From positions 1,789-65,788 of the forward strand of contig BGZO01000003.1 in assembly GCA_003864475.1 (NCBI GenBank): DNA of 64,000 nucleotides. Reading direction: 5' to 3'. Positions 8,688 through 17,603 of the stretch are shown here, in pieces. Under the pieces are notes generated by a model. That model was not told the origin of the DNA, searched no databases, and worked only from the letters and a program-made list of their open reading frames with translations. Source of the DNA: Candidatus Termititenax persephonae. Its GTDB lineage: Bacteria > Margulisbacteria > Termititenacia > Termititenacales > Termititenacaceae. The first letter of the stretch is position 1. The number at the start of each line of letters is the position of its first letter. The position numbers were made by a program, and so were the translations under genes.

Positions 8688-9665
8688 ATGTCCTGCAAAT
8701 TGGTAGAACTTGTGGATTTGTGTAATAATAAATTTATGTCTAGTTTAGCCCCAATAATTGTTTTTATTTATAACCGCCCAGAGCATACCCGCCAGACAGT
8801 TGAAGCATTGCTTGCTAATGAATTGGCTGATAAATCAGATTTATTTATTTATTCCGATGCCGCCAAAGATGATTTAGCCATAGATAAAGTGCGAGAAGTT
8901 CGAGAATATATTAAAACAATAAAAGGTTTTAAATCTATAAATATTATTGAGCGTGAGAAAAATATAGGACTTGCTCATTCGATTATTGATGGGGTAACAA
9001 CTATAGTCAATGAATATGGTAGGGTTATCGTATTAGAGGATGACCTAGTAACATCGCCGTATTTTCTGAGCTATATAAATGATGCCTTGGAATTGTATGA
9101 ACATAATGAGAGTGTTGTAAGTATTCATGGATATATGTATCCGGGAAGGGAAAAATTGCCAGACTATTTTTTTCTGCGCGGGGCGGACTGCTGGGGCTGG
9201 GCTACCTGGCAGCGTGGCTGGAGTTTATTTAATCCTGATGCACAGTATTTGTTAAATGAGATTAAAAAACAAAACTTGCAAGAATTATTTAATTTTTCTA
9301 ATACTTATAACTACACAGGCATGTTGCAGAATCAAATTGACGGCAGGATTTCTTCTTGGGCTATCTGTTGGTATGCTAGTGCTTTTTTGGCTGACAAATA
9401 TACCCTGTATCCGAGGAAAAGTTTTGTACAGAATATTGGCATGGATGGCAGTGGGACTCATTGCGGGATAAATAACTTTTATAAAAAAGGAAAATTGTCT
9501 GCTACTTATAAGCCAATTAGGCTTATTCCGGTGGTAGATTCTAGGCAAGGCAGAAAAAAGATAGAAAAATTTTTAAAAAAAAATGCAGAGAGAAATATTG
9601 TTTTTCGGGTGTTGCAGAAAATATGTAAAAAAATAAAGCGATTATTATCTCCCAAAAATGGTTGA
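8688..9665 (+). CDS. GT-A nucleotide-diphospho-sugar transferase (same superfamily as 7838 and 21257)
   Basis: APIIVFIYNRPEHTRQTVEALL...VIVLEDDLVTSPYF...CWGWATWQRGW. The likely true start is the internal MSSLAP (about 8736). Confidence 0.7.
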   Translation: MSCKLVELVDLCNNKFMSSLAPIIVFIYNRPEHTRQTVEALLANELADKSDLFIYSDAAKDDLAIDKVREVREYIKTIKGFKSINIIEREKNIGLAHSIIDGVTTIVNEYGRVIVLEDDLVTSPYFLSYINDALELYEHNESVVSIHGYMYPGREKLPDYFFLRGADCWGWATWQRGWSLFNPDAQYLLNEIKKQNLQELFNFSNTYNYTGMLQNQIDGRISSWAICWYASAFLADKYTLYPRKSFVQNIGMDGSGTHCGINNFYKKGKLSATYKPIRLIPVVDSRQGRKKIEKFLKKNAERNIVFRVLQKICKKIKRLLSPKNG

Positions 9666-9982
9666 AATATTTTTGGACCGACACAATTTAAGACAGATTG
9701 CTGAAACGGCTTGAGAAAAAAAACAAGAACTATATAGCTTATCTAGAAATTAAGAGGGAATGTGATAAAGCCTGTCAAGAGGGTTTTGCGTGGCATCAAA
9801 ATGAAGTTAAGAATGATTCAGACTTATTAAAATGGGTTTTGAAAGAAAATTACTTGGACGACTAATTCCCAGAATTATTGACAGCTTTCTGATAGCTGGG
9901 ATGCAAATAGTCAGAGACTTGGTGTTGGATATTTTGTATAATAGCCTCAAGTAAACCTAGCCGCCTAGGGAGCATTTAATTA

Positions 9983-10747
9983 ATGGCTAATTTCAGTAAT
10001 CTTTATTCTCGATACTACGACCTGCTCTACCAGGACAAAGATTATCTTGGCGAGTTTCAATATGTTCAAAACCATATTGCGGCGTTTGCCAAAATCCCGG
10101 TCAAGTCAGTTTTAGACATAGGTTGCGGCACAGGCAAAACTTTAAAGTTATTTAAAGAAGCCGGATATGCGGTGGCCGGAGTGGACTTGTCAGAAGGCAT
10201 GTTGTCTGCGGCGCGGCAGTATTTGGGACAGGAAGAAGATTTAGTCTGTGCCAGAGCGGCGGATTTTAAGTTTGAGAAGAAATTTGATGTAATAACTTCT
10301 CTGTTTCATGTGCTGAGTTATCAGACGGAGAATGGCGAGTTGGAGAAGGTATTCGCGAATGCGGCTCAACATCTAGCCGAGGGCGGCGTGTTTTTATTTG
10401 ATTTTTGGTATGGACCAGCCGTGCTGTCGGATTTGCCAACCACGCGCACCAAGAAATTGGAGAATGCCGAGATAAAAGTTACACGGCAGACCACCCCAAT
10501 CATGCATTATAATGACAATATTGTGGAGGTAAATTTTGATCTTGCGATTTAGGACAAGAGAACTAGGCAAATTCAGCGGCTACAGGAAACCCATAAAATG
10601 CGGTATTTGTTTTGGCCAGAGATTAAATATTTGGCTGAAAAAGCTGGACTTGACTTGTTGGGCGCATACAAATGGCTGACAACTGAGCCGTTGTCGGAAA
10701 AAGCTTGGTATGGATTTGTGATTTGCGGCAGGAAATCCTTGGTTTAA
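9983..10747 (+). pseudogene. Class I SAM-dependent methyltransferase interrupted by one in-frame TAG (10550-10552)
   Basis: VLDIGCGTGKTLKLFKEAGYAVAGVDLSEGML is motifs I/II. After the TAG the same frame continues for 64 codons (DKRTRQIQRLQETHKMRYLFWPEIKYLAEKAGLDLL...WYGFVICGRKSLV) to TAA 10745-10747. That matches the usual C-terminal part of this fold. Confidence 0.7.
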
Positions 10748-10961
10748 GTTTTTACATTATACCCGCTAAAACTTGTTAATTTTATGAAGTTTTTACATTG
10801 TAATACATACAAAATAATGAGAAATTTCGTACCGAACTGGTTGCCTTGGATACCTAAAGACAGGTATAATTATTATAGTATTTACTGTAGAATTGTTGTT
10901 GTATATAGTGTATAATTGTGATAGTATGTAATGTAAAATCATTATAGTTTGCGGAGTTAAT

Positions 10962-12266
10962 ATGATAAATACGGCCAAAAAAGCTTATGCCAAGAGGATT
11001 ATAGAAGCCGAAATAACGGAACTGCTGGATATGTTGCCCGCGCTGGCAATTAATGGGGCAAAAGGTGTTGGCAAAACAGTTTCCGCTTCCCGGCTGGCTG
11101 GTTCTAGATTACAGCTTGATGAGCCAAACACTGCGGCCGTGATAGCGGCGGACTTGGAAGTTATTGCTAGAAATAAAAAACCCGTGCTGATTGATGAATG
11201 GCAAAAAATTCCTGTGGTCTGGGATTTTGTCCGGCGGCAGGTAGACGCTGATTTTTCTCCAGGGAGATATATTTTAACGGGCAGTGCTATGCCGCCTAAA
11301 GGAGTGTCCCTGCACAGCGGGGCGGGCAGAATAGTCAATGTGCGTATGCGACCGTTCTCTTTGCAGGAGAGGGATTTGGCTAGACCGCTGATTGGGATAG
11401 GTGATTTGCTGAAACATAAACCAGGGTTAGATTTTTCTGGCGCGACAAAAATTACGCTGAGCGACTATGCGGAAGAAATTGTAAGTTCTGGTTTCCCGGG
11501 CATTCGTCCGCTGGCACGCAGAGCGCAAAAGGCACAATTAGACGGTTATATTGAAAATATTATTACTAAAGAATTTGCGGAGCAGGGACGGGAATTGAGA
11601 AGGCCAGACACTTTTCGGCGCTGGCTGCGCGCTTATGCGGCGGCGACTGGCGGCACGGCTAGTTATGAGACTATCCTCCGCGCGGCGACCGGCGGGCAGG
11701 CCAATAAACCTTCTCCAATTACGACGCTGGGTTACAGGGATATGCTGAGCCAACTCTGGATACTGGATCAAATCGAACCGTGGTTGCCTTTGGCCAGTCC
11801 GTTTTCCGGTCTGGGGCAAAGCCCGAAACATTTTTTAGTGGATCCCGCGCTGAGTGCCCGCGTTTTGAATATAACCGTCGACCAGTTGGTCAAGACTCCC
11901 GACGCATTGTCTGCTGCGCTCGGACCGCAAGATGAGAAAATTATGCTTGGTCGGCTTTTTGAAAGCTTGGTCGCGCTGAGCTTACAAACTTATGCCAGAG
12001 CAAATGAAGCGAAGCTTAGCCATCTAAGAACTGCGAACGGCAGACATGAAGTTGATTTTATTATTGAAAAAAATAACAAATTAATTGGGCTGGAAGTAAA
12101 ACTTTCCGCTACCCTAAATAAAAATGATGTCCGGCATTTGAATTGGCTGGCGGAAACTTTTACGGACTATGAGGTGGTGAAAGTTGTTCTGACCGCCGGG
12201 CAGCATGCTTTTTACCGCAAAGAGGATGATATTTATGTTATTCCCGCAGTTCTGCTGGGTGTCTAA
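10962..12266 (+). CDS. AAA-type ATP-binding protein, COG1373-like (AAA_14 + DUF4143 architecture)
   Basis: Walker A is INGAKGVGKT and Walker B-like is PVLIDEW. The ~430-aa length and C-terminal GRHEVDFIIE...IGLEVK (restriction-endonuclease-like tail) are typical of this family. Confidence 0.65.
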   Translation: MINTAKKAYAKRIIEAEITELLDMLPALAINGAKGVGKTVSASRLAGSRLQLDEPNTAAVIAADLEVIARNKKPVLIDEWQKIPVVWDFVRRQVDADFSPGRYILTGSAMPPKGVSLHSGAGRIVNVRMRPFSLQERDLARPLIGIGDLLKHKPGLDFSGATKITLSDYAEEIVSSGFPGIRPLARRAQKAQLDGYIENIITKEFAEQGRELRRPDTFRRWLRAYAAATGGTASYETILRAATGGQANKPSPITTLGYRDMLSQLWILDQIEPWLPLASPFSGLGQSPKHFLVDPALSARVLNITVDQLVKTPDALSAALGPQDEKIMLGRLFESLVALSLQTYARANEAKLSHLRTANGRHEVDFIIEKNNKLIGLEVKLSATLNKNDVRHLNWLAETFTDYEVVKVVLTAGQHAFYRKEDDIYVIPAVLLGV

Positions 12267-12390
12267 AATGTGCTTTATCAAACAAATTTACGCTCTGGAC
12301 TGGCTGCTTGATAAATATTAAACTCATGCTTCCCAAGAGTGCCTTATTCGGGCAATAGGAAAAACACTTGAAATTAGGTAAAATAATCCA

Positions 12391-12804
12391 ATGATTGAAA
12401 ACGTAACCCATGATAATCAACTACTCGCAATCATAGTCAGGCATGATTATTATAAGGATGGCATTGAGTTTTTTACACCCGGCGATTTTTCCCAGCAATT
12501 GGCCTACATGAATCACAAAAAAGGTTACGTGATTCAGCCCCATGTGCATAATGTCGTGAGGCGGGAGGTTCTGTATACCAAGGAAGTTTTGGTCGTTAAG
12601 CGGGGCAGAATGCGCACGGATTTTTATACGGACGACCGGGAATATGTCTGCTCGCGGGAGCTGGCGACGGGCGATGTTTTATTGCTGGCCGCGGGTGGTC
12701 ATGGTTTTGAGATGCTGGCAGACACGGAGATGTATGAGATTAAGCAGGGGCCTTATGCGGGAGATAATGATAAGACCAGATTTATGCCTAAAATGCCAAA
12801 CTGA
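12391..12804 (+). CDS. Cupin-fold protein (polysaccharide-biosynthesis-associated; possible sugar isomerase or epimerase)
   Basis: The protein is 137 aa. KGYVIQPHVHNVV...GDVLLLAAGGHGFEML is a two-motif cupin pattern. It sits upstream of a sugar aminotransferase. Confidence 0.5.
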   Translation: MIENVTHDNQLLAIIVRHDYYKDGIEFFTPGDFSQQLAYMNHKKGYVIQPHVHNVVRREVLYTKEVLVVKRGRMRTDFYTDDREYVCSRELATGDVLLLAAGGHGFEMLADTEMYEIKQGPYAGDNDKTRFMPKMPN

Positions 12805-12871
12805 TGACGTATAATACATTATATATTTTGCTTATTTTTATTATTTATGTATAATATACTGCGCATGTTAA

Positions 12872-13237
12872 TTGAAAGTGGTTTTTGTGCAAAAAACCTT
12901 AAATAGACCGGAATATTTAACCAGACTAATCAGCTGGCGGGGTAAGTCAGACCTGATAAAGATAGTTACTGGAGTGCGCCGTTGCGGCAAATCCACTTTA
13001 TTTAAGTTATATCAAAATTATTTGCACAAATCCGGTGTCAGCCGGAAAGCAGTGCAGACTTTGAATCAGGTGGCGCAAACTGTACAGACTCAAGACACGC
13101 TGACGCGCGAGTTAAAATCTCTGCGGGGAGTTAAAGATAACTTCCGTAAATTTTTGTTGACACTGGATTATGGCCGCGTTTCGTATGACGGCATACAGCA
13201 CCAAAATGCCTTGAAGTGGCTGCTAGGACAGGAGTGA
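12872..13237 (+). pseudogene. Internally deleted remnant of a second COG1373-type ATPase
   Basis: The N-terminus RPEYLTRLISWRGKSDLIKIVTGVRRCGKSTL (Walker A) is joined directly to a short C-terminal tail. It is 121 aa against about 400 aa for the family, and the track start is TTG. Confidence 0.5.
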
Positions 13238-13243
13238 GATTTT

Positions 13244-14368
13244 ATGTATAGATTTATTCCCGTCTGCGAGCCGCTACTGTCCGGTAATGAATTGAGATAC
13301 GTAACCGAGGCCGTCTCGACTGGCTGGATTTCTTCGTCCGGCAAATATGTGACGAAATTTGAACAAGCTTTTGCGGATTATTGTGGGGTAAAATATGCCG
13401 TGGCTGTCTGCAACGGCACGGTCGCCCTGCATCTCCTGCTGACCGCCGCTGGTCTGGGCAAAGGCGACGAAGTGATTGTGCCGTCTTTTACGATGATAGC
13501 TTCGGCTTTTGCGGTGTGTTACACGGGTGCGCTGCCTGTCTTGGTGGATGCGGACAAAGACACTTGGAATATTGACACAGCCAAGATAGAAGAAAAAATT
13601 ACACCGAAAACCAAAGCCATAATGCCGGTGCATATATTTGGCAATCCCTGCCGTATGGCGGAAATCCAAAGAATAGCGCGGGAGCATAATCTGCTGGTTT
13701 TAGACGACGCGGCGGAAGCACACGGAGCCGAGTATGCTGGAGTAAAGGCCGGGAAATTAGCTGACCTCACGGCGTTCAGTTTTTTTGCCAATAAAAATCT
13801 GACGACCGGGGAAGGTGGCATGGTCGTTACCGACAGCCCGGAATACTATGACAAATTGCGCTATTACAGGAATGTTTGTTTTCCGCTGGACGCGCCGCGG
13901 GTCTACCAGCATGAGGATATCGGCTTTAATTATCGGATGTCCAATCTGCACGCGGCACTTGGGCTGGCGCAGGTGGAGAAGGCGGATTATTACCGCGGCT
14001 TGCGGATAAAAAACGCCGCTCTGTACCAGAAATACTTGACAGACATTGAGGGGATTCGACTACAGCGAGATGAGCCGCAGGGGCTGAATGTTCATTGGAT
14101 GAACGCCGTGCTGATTGAGCCGCGAGTTTTTGGCAGAACAAAAGAACAGGTTATCGAATATTTGCAACAAAATGGCATAGAAACACGTTTGTTATTTACG
14201 GGTATGCATCAACAAAATTCCTTGAAAAAATACGGCTGTGATTGTACTGGAGAATATCCTGTCTGTGATAAACTCACGGAAAACGGTTTTTATCTGCCGT
14301 CAGGATCTAATCTGACCGAGGATGAGATTGAGTTTGTTTGCGCGAAAATTAGAGAGGCGAGGGGTTGA
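13244..14368 (+). CDS. DegT/DnrJ/EryC1/StrS-family PLP sugar aminotransferase (perosamine-synthase-like)
   Basis: IPVCEPLLSGNELRYVTEAVSTGWISSSGKYVTKFEQAF...NGTVALHLLL...FSFFANKNLTTGEGGMV (the PLP lysine region). Confidence 0.85.
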   Translation: MYRFIPVCEPLLSGNELRYVTEAVSTGWISSSGKYVTKFEQAFADYCGVKYAVAVCNGTVALHLLLTAAGLGKGDEVIVPSFTMIASAFAVCYTGALPVLVDADKDTWNIDTAKIEEKITPKTKAIMPVHIFGNPCRMAEIQRIAREHNLLVLDDAAEAHGAEYAGVKAGKLADLTAFSFFANKNLTTGEGGMVVTDSPEYYDKLRYYRNVCFPLDAPRVYQHEDIGFNYRMSNLHAALGLAQVEKADYYRGLRIKNAALYQKYLTDIEGIRLQRDEPQGLNVHWMNAVLIEPRVFGRTKEQVIEYLQQNGIETRLLFTGMHQQNSLKKYGCDCTGEYPVCDKLTENGFYLPSGSNLTEDEIEFVCAKIREARG

Positions 14369-14393
14369 GATGCGGGTAGGGATATACGCGGGA
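14204..14393 (+). repeat. Copy A of a ~190-bp junction repeat (aminotransferase 3' end, stop, and the first 8 codons MRVGIYAG)
   Basis: Aligned by eye to 16266-16449. There is a perfect 38-nt core, tctaatctgaccgaggatgagattgagtttgtttgcgc, and overall identity of roughly 85 percent. Confidence 0.85.
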
Positions 14394-16067
14394 AACAATC
14401 TTAGTTTGAGTTTGTATAAAAAATGTTTTGCTATTACTTGGTTAGTTGGTTGCTTTTTGCTTATATTTCCTTCCAGAATATTCATTATAAAATATGTGGA
14501 AGTATTATTTTTACATAGAATGTTAGAAATGCCTTGGTTATGGCATGGACTGTTAATTTCTTGTGGCTTAGGCGGTGTGCTGATTTTCATTTTGCTTCAA
14601 TTTTTAACAATTTTATTTAAAGACAGAATATCCTCTAAAGCAAATAAATTAGCTTTGCTTGTTTTCGGGGTAATACAAATTTTAATTGTCTGCCTTATTT
14701 TGTATAAAGCAAATTGGGTGTTTGGTGATGACCACATGTTTATCTCAACTACAGCGATAGGTAAATATTTTGGTCTTGACTCATTAAGCGGCGGACGATT
14801 TTATCCGTTAGGACATTTCCATTTTAATTTGCTTGTCTGGATTGCTAATATTTTGAAAATTAAAAATGCTATTTCTGTTGTCCCGCATTTTATTCTGATT
14901 GTTTTTTTCTACTTATTGACCGCGAGCGGCTTGTATCTGTTATTTCGAGAAATATGCGGTGATAGACTTAACTTAATTGCCGTATTTTTTGCGGCGGTTT
15001 TTCCTCTGCTGGTATCAGCGTTTCAGGTTGTTTTCATGGAACTCATTTATCCCGAATCCATTGTTATTCCCTTGCTGATTTTTTTGCTGTACTTGCTGTA
15101 TAAAGGACAGATAACAGATAAAACAAAGTATTATATTGGGGCGGGTATTGTTGCGGTTTATGTACTTTATTGTAAAGAGCCGATTTCTGGTTCGTTTTTG
15201 GTTGTTGCTTTGACTAATCTTATTTTTTGTTTCAAGGAACAGACTACTAAAGAGAGAGTTTTTCATTTTCTGCTACTAATTAATACTGTGCTATATTTGG
15301 GATTATATTATTTTCTGGTTTTTAGGGATACAACTAGTTTTTATAATGTTGGACGTGTTAATTTTGATACGGCATTTTTTCTACCATTTTTTAATCCCAT
15401 ATACATCATGGGGTTTATACTGGCATTGGCGAGGGTGTTTTATGTCTTAGTTCGCAATGATAAGGCGCATTTATATTATGATAGTTTTTTGTTTGCCGGG
15501 GTAGCCTATCTGTTTGCTTATATATTATTACGATTAAACGGTGATTATTATTTATTGCCAGCGGTAATTTTATTTTTGCCATCTTTAGTTTATTGGACAA
15601 AGTATTTATATGTTAAGAAAAGAAATATAGCTTTGCTTTGGTTAATATTATTAATATTGATTTGTGGATTGAACTATCGCTGGGTAGTAAAAGGTGTGAT
15701 AAATATCCTGCAGGAGAGACGTACGTTTGTCCCATATGTTAGAGGACTTTGCGGACTACATGAGAAAAGGGAATTTATCTGGTATGAATCGGATAAGACG
15801 CTTGATGATAATAAGTTTTCTCAAGTTGTGCGGGATTATCAAAAATATGTTTTCAATGTTTTCCTAAATTATGTTATGGTCGATAAAGCAATGGATGATT
15901 TTTTTCTAGTAACACGGGATATTTCTTTTCTTAGCAGGAATGATATTGTTTTCTTCTATTCTAATCAGAATAATCAAGGGTCGCCGATGCCAATAAATTA
16001 TTTGGCCGAACAAGGATTTGAGTTGTATGCGGATTTATATGGAGTGCAAATATACGCCCAAGAATAG
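14370..16067 (+). CDS. Polytopic membrane protein, putative GT-C-type glycosyltransferase or polymerase (AT-rich cassette)
   Basis: A 565-aa protein with many hydrophobic segments and an early loop WVFGDDHMFISTT...GGRFYPLGH. The start ATG 14370 is preferred over track start 14322, which lies inside the aminotransferase gene. Confidence 0.55.
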   Translation: MRVGIYAGNNLSLSLYKKCFAITWLVGCFLLIFPSRIFIIKYVEVLFLHRMLEMPWLWHGLLISCGLGGVLIFILLQFLTILFKDRISSKANKLALLVFGVIQILIVCLILYKANWVFGDDHMFISTTAIGKYFGLDSLSGGRFYPLGHFHFNLLVWIANILKIKNAISVVPHFILIVFFYLLTASGLYLLFREICGDRLNLIAVFFAAVFPLLVSAFQVVFMELIYPESIVIPLLIFLLYLLYKGQITDKTKYYIGAGIVAVYVLYCKEPISGSFLVVALTNLIFCFKEQTTKERVFHFLLLINTVLYLGLYYFLVFRDTTSFYNVGRVNFDTAFFLPFFNPIYIMGFILALARVFYVLVRNDKAHLYYDSFLFAGVAYLFAYILLRLNGDYYLLPAVILFLPSLVYWTKYLYVKKRNIALLWLILLILICGLNYRWVVKGVINILQERRTFVPYVRGLCGLHEKREFIWYESDKTLDDNKFSQVVRDYQKYVFNVFLNYVMVDKAMDDFFLVTRDISFLSRNDIVFFYSNQNNQGSPMPINYLAEQGFELYADLYGVQIYAQE

Positions 16068-16265
16068 GAACTGAAAACAAAGAATATGTTACAATCAACT
16101 TGCAATGCAGAAAGATATATCAACACTGTTAGACGCCTATAATAGAAAAGACTTTCGATTATGCTGACGGAAATTTTGGTTTTAAATTGCAGCAAGCTTG
16201 GTTCGAGTAAAATAGTCTATGCTGGATTTAAATATTTTGGTAAAATTATAGTAGATGATTCTCAA

Positions 16266-16427
16266 ATGCATCAAAATGCCTTGAAAAAATGCGGACATGA
16301 TTGTATGGGAGCATGTCCTGTCTGTGACAAGTTTGTGGCGAACGGTTTTTATCCGCCGTCGGGGTCTAATCTGACCGAGGATGAGATTGAGTTTGTTTGC
16401 GCAAAAATTAGAGAGGCAAGAGGTTAA
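16266..16427 (+). pseudogene. Orphan 3' fragment of a DegT-family aminotransferase gene
   Basis: MHQNALKKCGHDCMGACPVCDKFVANGFYPPSGSNLTEDEIEFVCAKIREARG aligns with the last ~55 residues of ORF 13244-14368. No upstream aminotransferase body is present. Confidence 0.8.
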
Positions 16428-16449
16428 GATGCGGGTAGGGATATACGCT
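16266..16449 (+). repeat. Copy B of the ~190-bp junction repeat
   Basis: See copy A. The offset is 2059-2062 bp (one 3-nt indel). Confidence 0.85.
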
Positions 16450-17601
16450 GGGGTTACTTTCCCCAAGGCTGGCGGCGAGTTTACTTTATTATCTACGGTT
16501 ATACGTGATGTAGTTGTTTCTGCTTGTCCGTACGAATTGATTGTATTTATCGAGGACGAGGCAAGGCCATCGAGAATTAGAGAAGATAATATTTTATATG
16601 TTAATTTGATAGAACCACCGTCATTATTATTCCGAATCAGACGTAAAATCCTACGTTGGTTGCGTTATTATAGAGAACCAGTTTTAAATGACTTTTTTGA
16701 CAAAGTATTATGGCGGGAAAAAATAGATTTGCTCTGGCTGTTAAAGCCTTATAATTTAGATTTGAGTGTTCCCTATGTTTTTACAGTTTGGGATTTGGGA
16801 CATCGTATGTTGCCATGTTTCCCTGAAGTGGGCTTGCCTGCAGAGTGGAAAATGCGCGAAACGATGTATCAAAAAATGCTTTTACGCGCAACTTATATTA
16901 TCACGGGTAATGAAGTCGGCAAGCAAGAGATTTTGGCAAATTATCCTATTAATGCAGACAAGATAAAAATAATCCCCTTTCCTATTTCAAGTTTTTGTTT
17001 TGAGAAGCTGGCTGTTCCAGCTGATTTAGGTAATATAAAAAAACCGTTTGTCTTTTATCCTGCCCAATTTTGGGCGCATAAAAACCATGTCGCGCTGGTG
17101 GAAGCAATTGCTTGGTTGCGTGATAAAAAAAAGACAATCATCAACTGTTACTTTGTTGGGTCGGAGAAAAATAATCTTAATCAAGTAAAATATGCAATAA
17201 AAAAACATAATCTTGAAAACCAAGTTTTTATTTTAGGCTTTGTGGAATACGCGGAGCTTCGTTATTTGTATCAAAATGCCTTGGCAATGGTGTATATTTC
17301 CTTGATGGGTCCGAATAATCTGCCTCCACTGGAAGCTATTGCCTTGGGTTGTCCTGTGATTATTTCTAATATCCCTGGGCACATCGAGCAAATGGGTAAG
17401 GCGGGTTTATTTGTCAACGCATTTGTCCCGCAAGATATTGGGCGGGCAATTTTAACTCTTTATAAAAACCCAAAACGTTGTCGAGAGTTAATATCAAATG
17501 GTTTGATTTTGGCAAAGAAGTATAAGAATTATTCGTATTTTCAAGAAATGTTACGAGTTATCGAACAATACGCTTTGCAGTATAAAACATGGGCGGTTTG
17601 A
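16429..17601 (+). CDS. GT-B fold glycosyltransferase (GT4/GT1 family)
   Basis: FVFYPAQFWAHKNHVALVEA...LGFVEYAELRYLYQNALAMVYISLMGPNNLPPLEAIALGCPVIISN is the typical C-terminal GT4 domain. The start ATG 16429 follows stop 16427. Confidence 0.8.
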   Translation: MRVGIYAGVTFPKAGGEFTLLSTVIRDVVVSACPYELIVFIEDEARPSRIREDNILYVNLIEPPSLLFRIRRKILRWLRYYREPVLNDFFDKVLWREKIDLLWLLKPYNLDLSVPYVFTVWDLGHRMLPCFPEVGLPAEWKMRETMYQKMLLRATYIITGNEVGKQEILANYPINADKIKIIPFPISSFCFEKLAVPADLGNIKKPFVFYPAQFWAHKNHVALVEAIAWLRDKKKTIINCYFVGSEKNNLNQVKYAIKKHNLENQVFILGFVEYAELRYLYQNALAMVYISLMGPNNLPPLEAIALGCPVIISNIPGHIEQMGKAGLFVNAFVPQDIGRAILTLYKNPKRCRELISNGLILAKKYKNYSYFQEMLRVIEQYALQYKTWAV

Positions 17602-17603
17602 TT

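Noticed and set aside
9666-9982. A possible short gene or gene remnant in the 317-bp spacer at the edge of the low-GC block (for example ...LEIKRECDKACQEGFAWHQNEVKNDSDLLKWVLKENYLDD).
   Set aside because: There is no start codon and RBS context and no recognisable family, and the frame is short. It is more likely a decayed remnant or non-coding boundary sequence. It is noted only as the approximate composition boundary.
10550-10552. The idea that the in-frame TAG reflects a genome-wide amber reassignment (alternative genetic code).
   Set aside because: TAG is used as the terminator of several well-supported genes in the same window (ends at 21256, 35680 and 51434). No other in-frame TAG, TGA or TAA interruptions were seen in conserved genes.
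14322-14369. N-terminal extensions MRLSLFA(R/Q)KLER... given by the ORF track for the genes at 14322 and 16381.
   Set aside because: These codons lie inside the 3' end of the aminotransferase gene, or of its duplicated fragment, in another frame. The ATG at 14370 and at 16429 follows the stop by 1 nt and a purine-rich stretch, and gives the shared MRVGIYAG start.
16161-16427. An 88-aa ORF that could be called a small gene.
   Set aside because: Only its last ~55 residues are meaningful, and they duplicate the C-terminus of the aminotransferase at 13244-14368. The N-terminal part is fortuitous read-in from AT-rich spacer. I treat it as a gene fragment.
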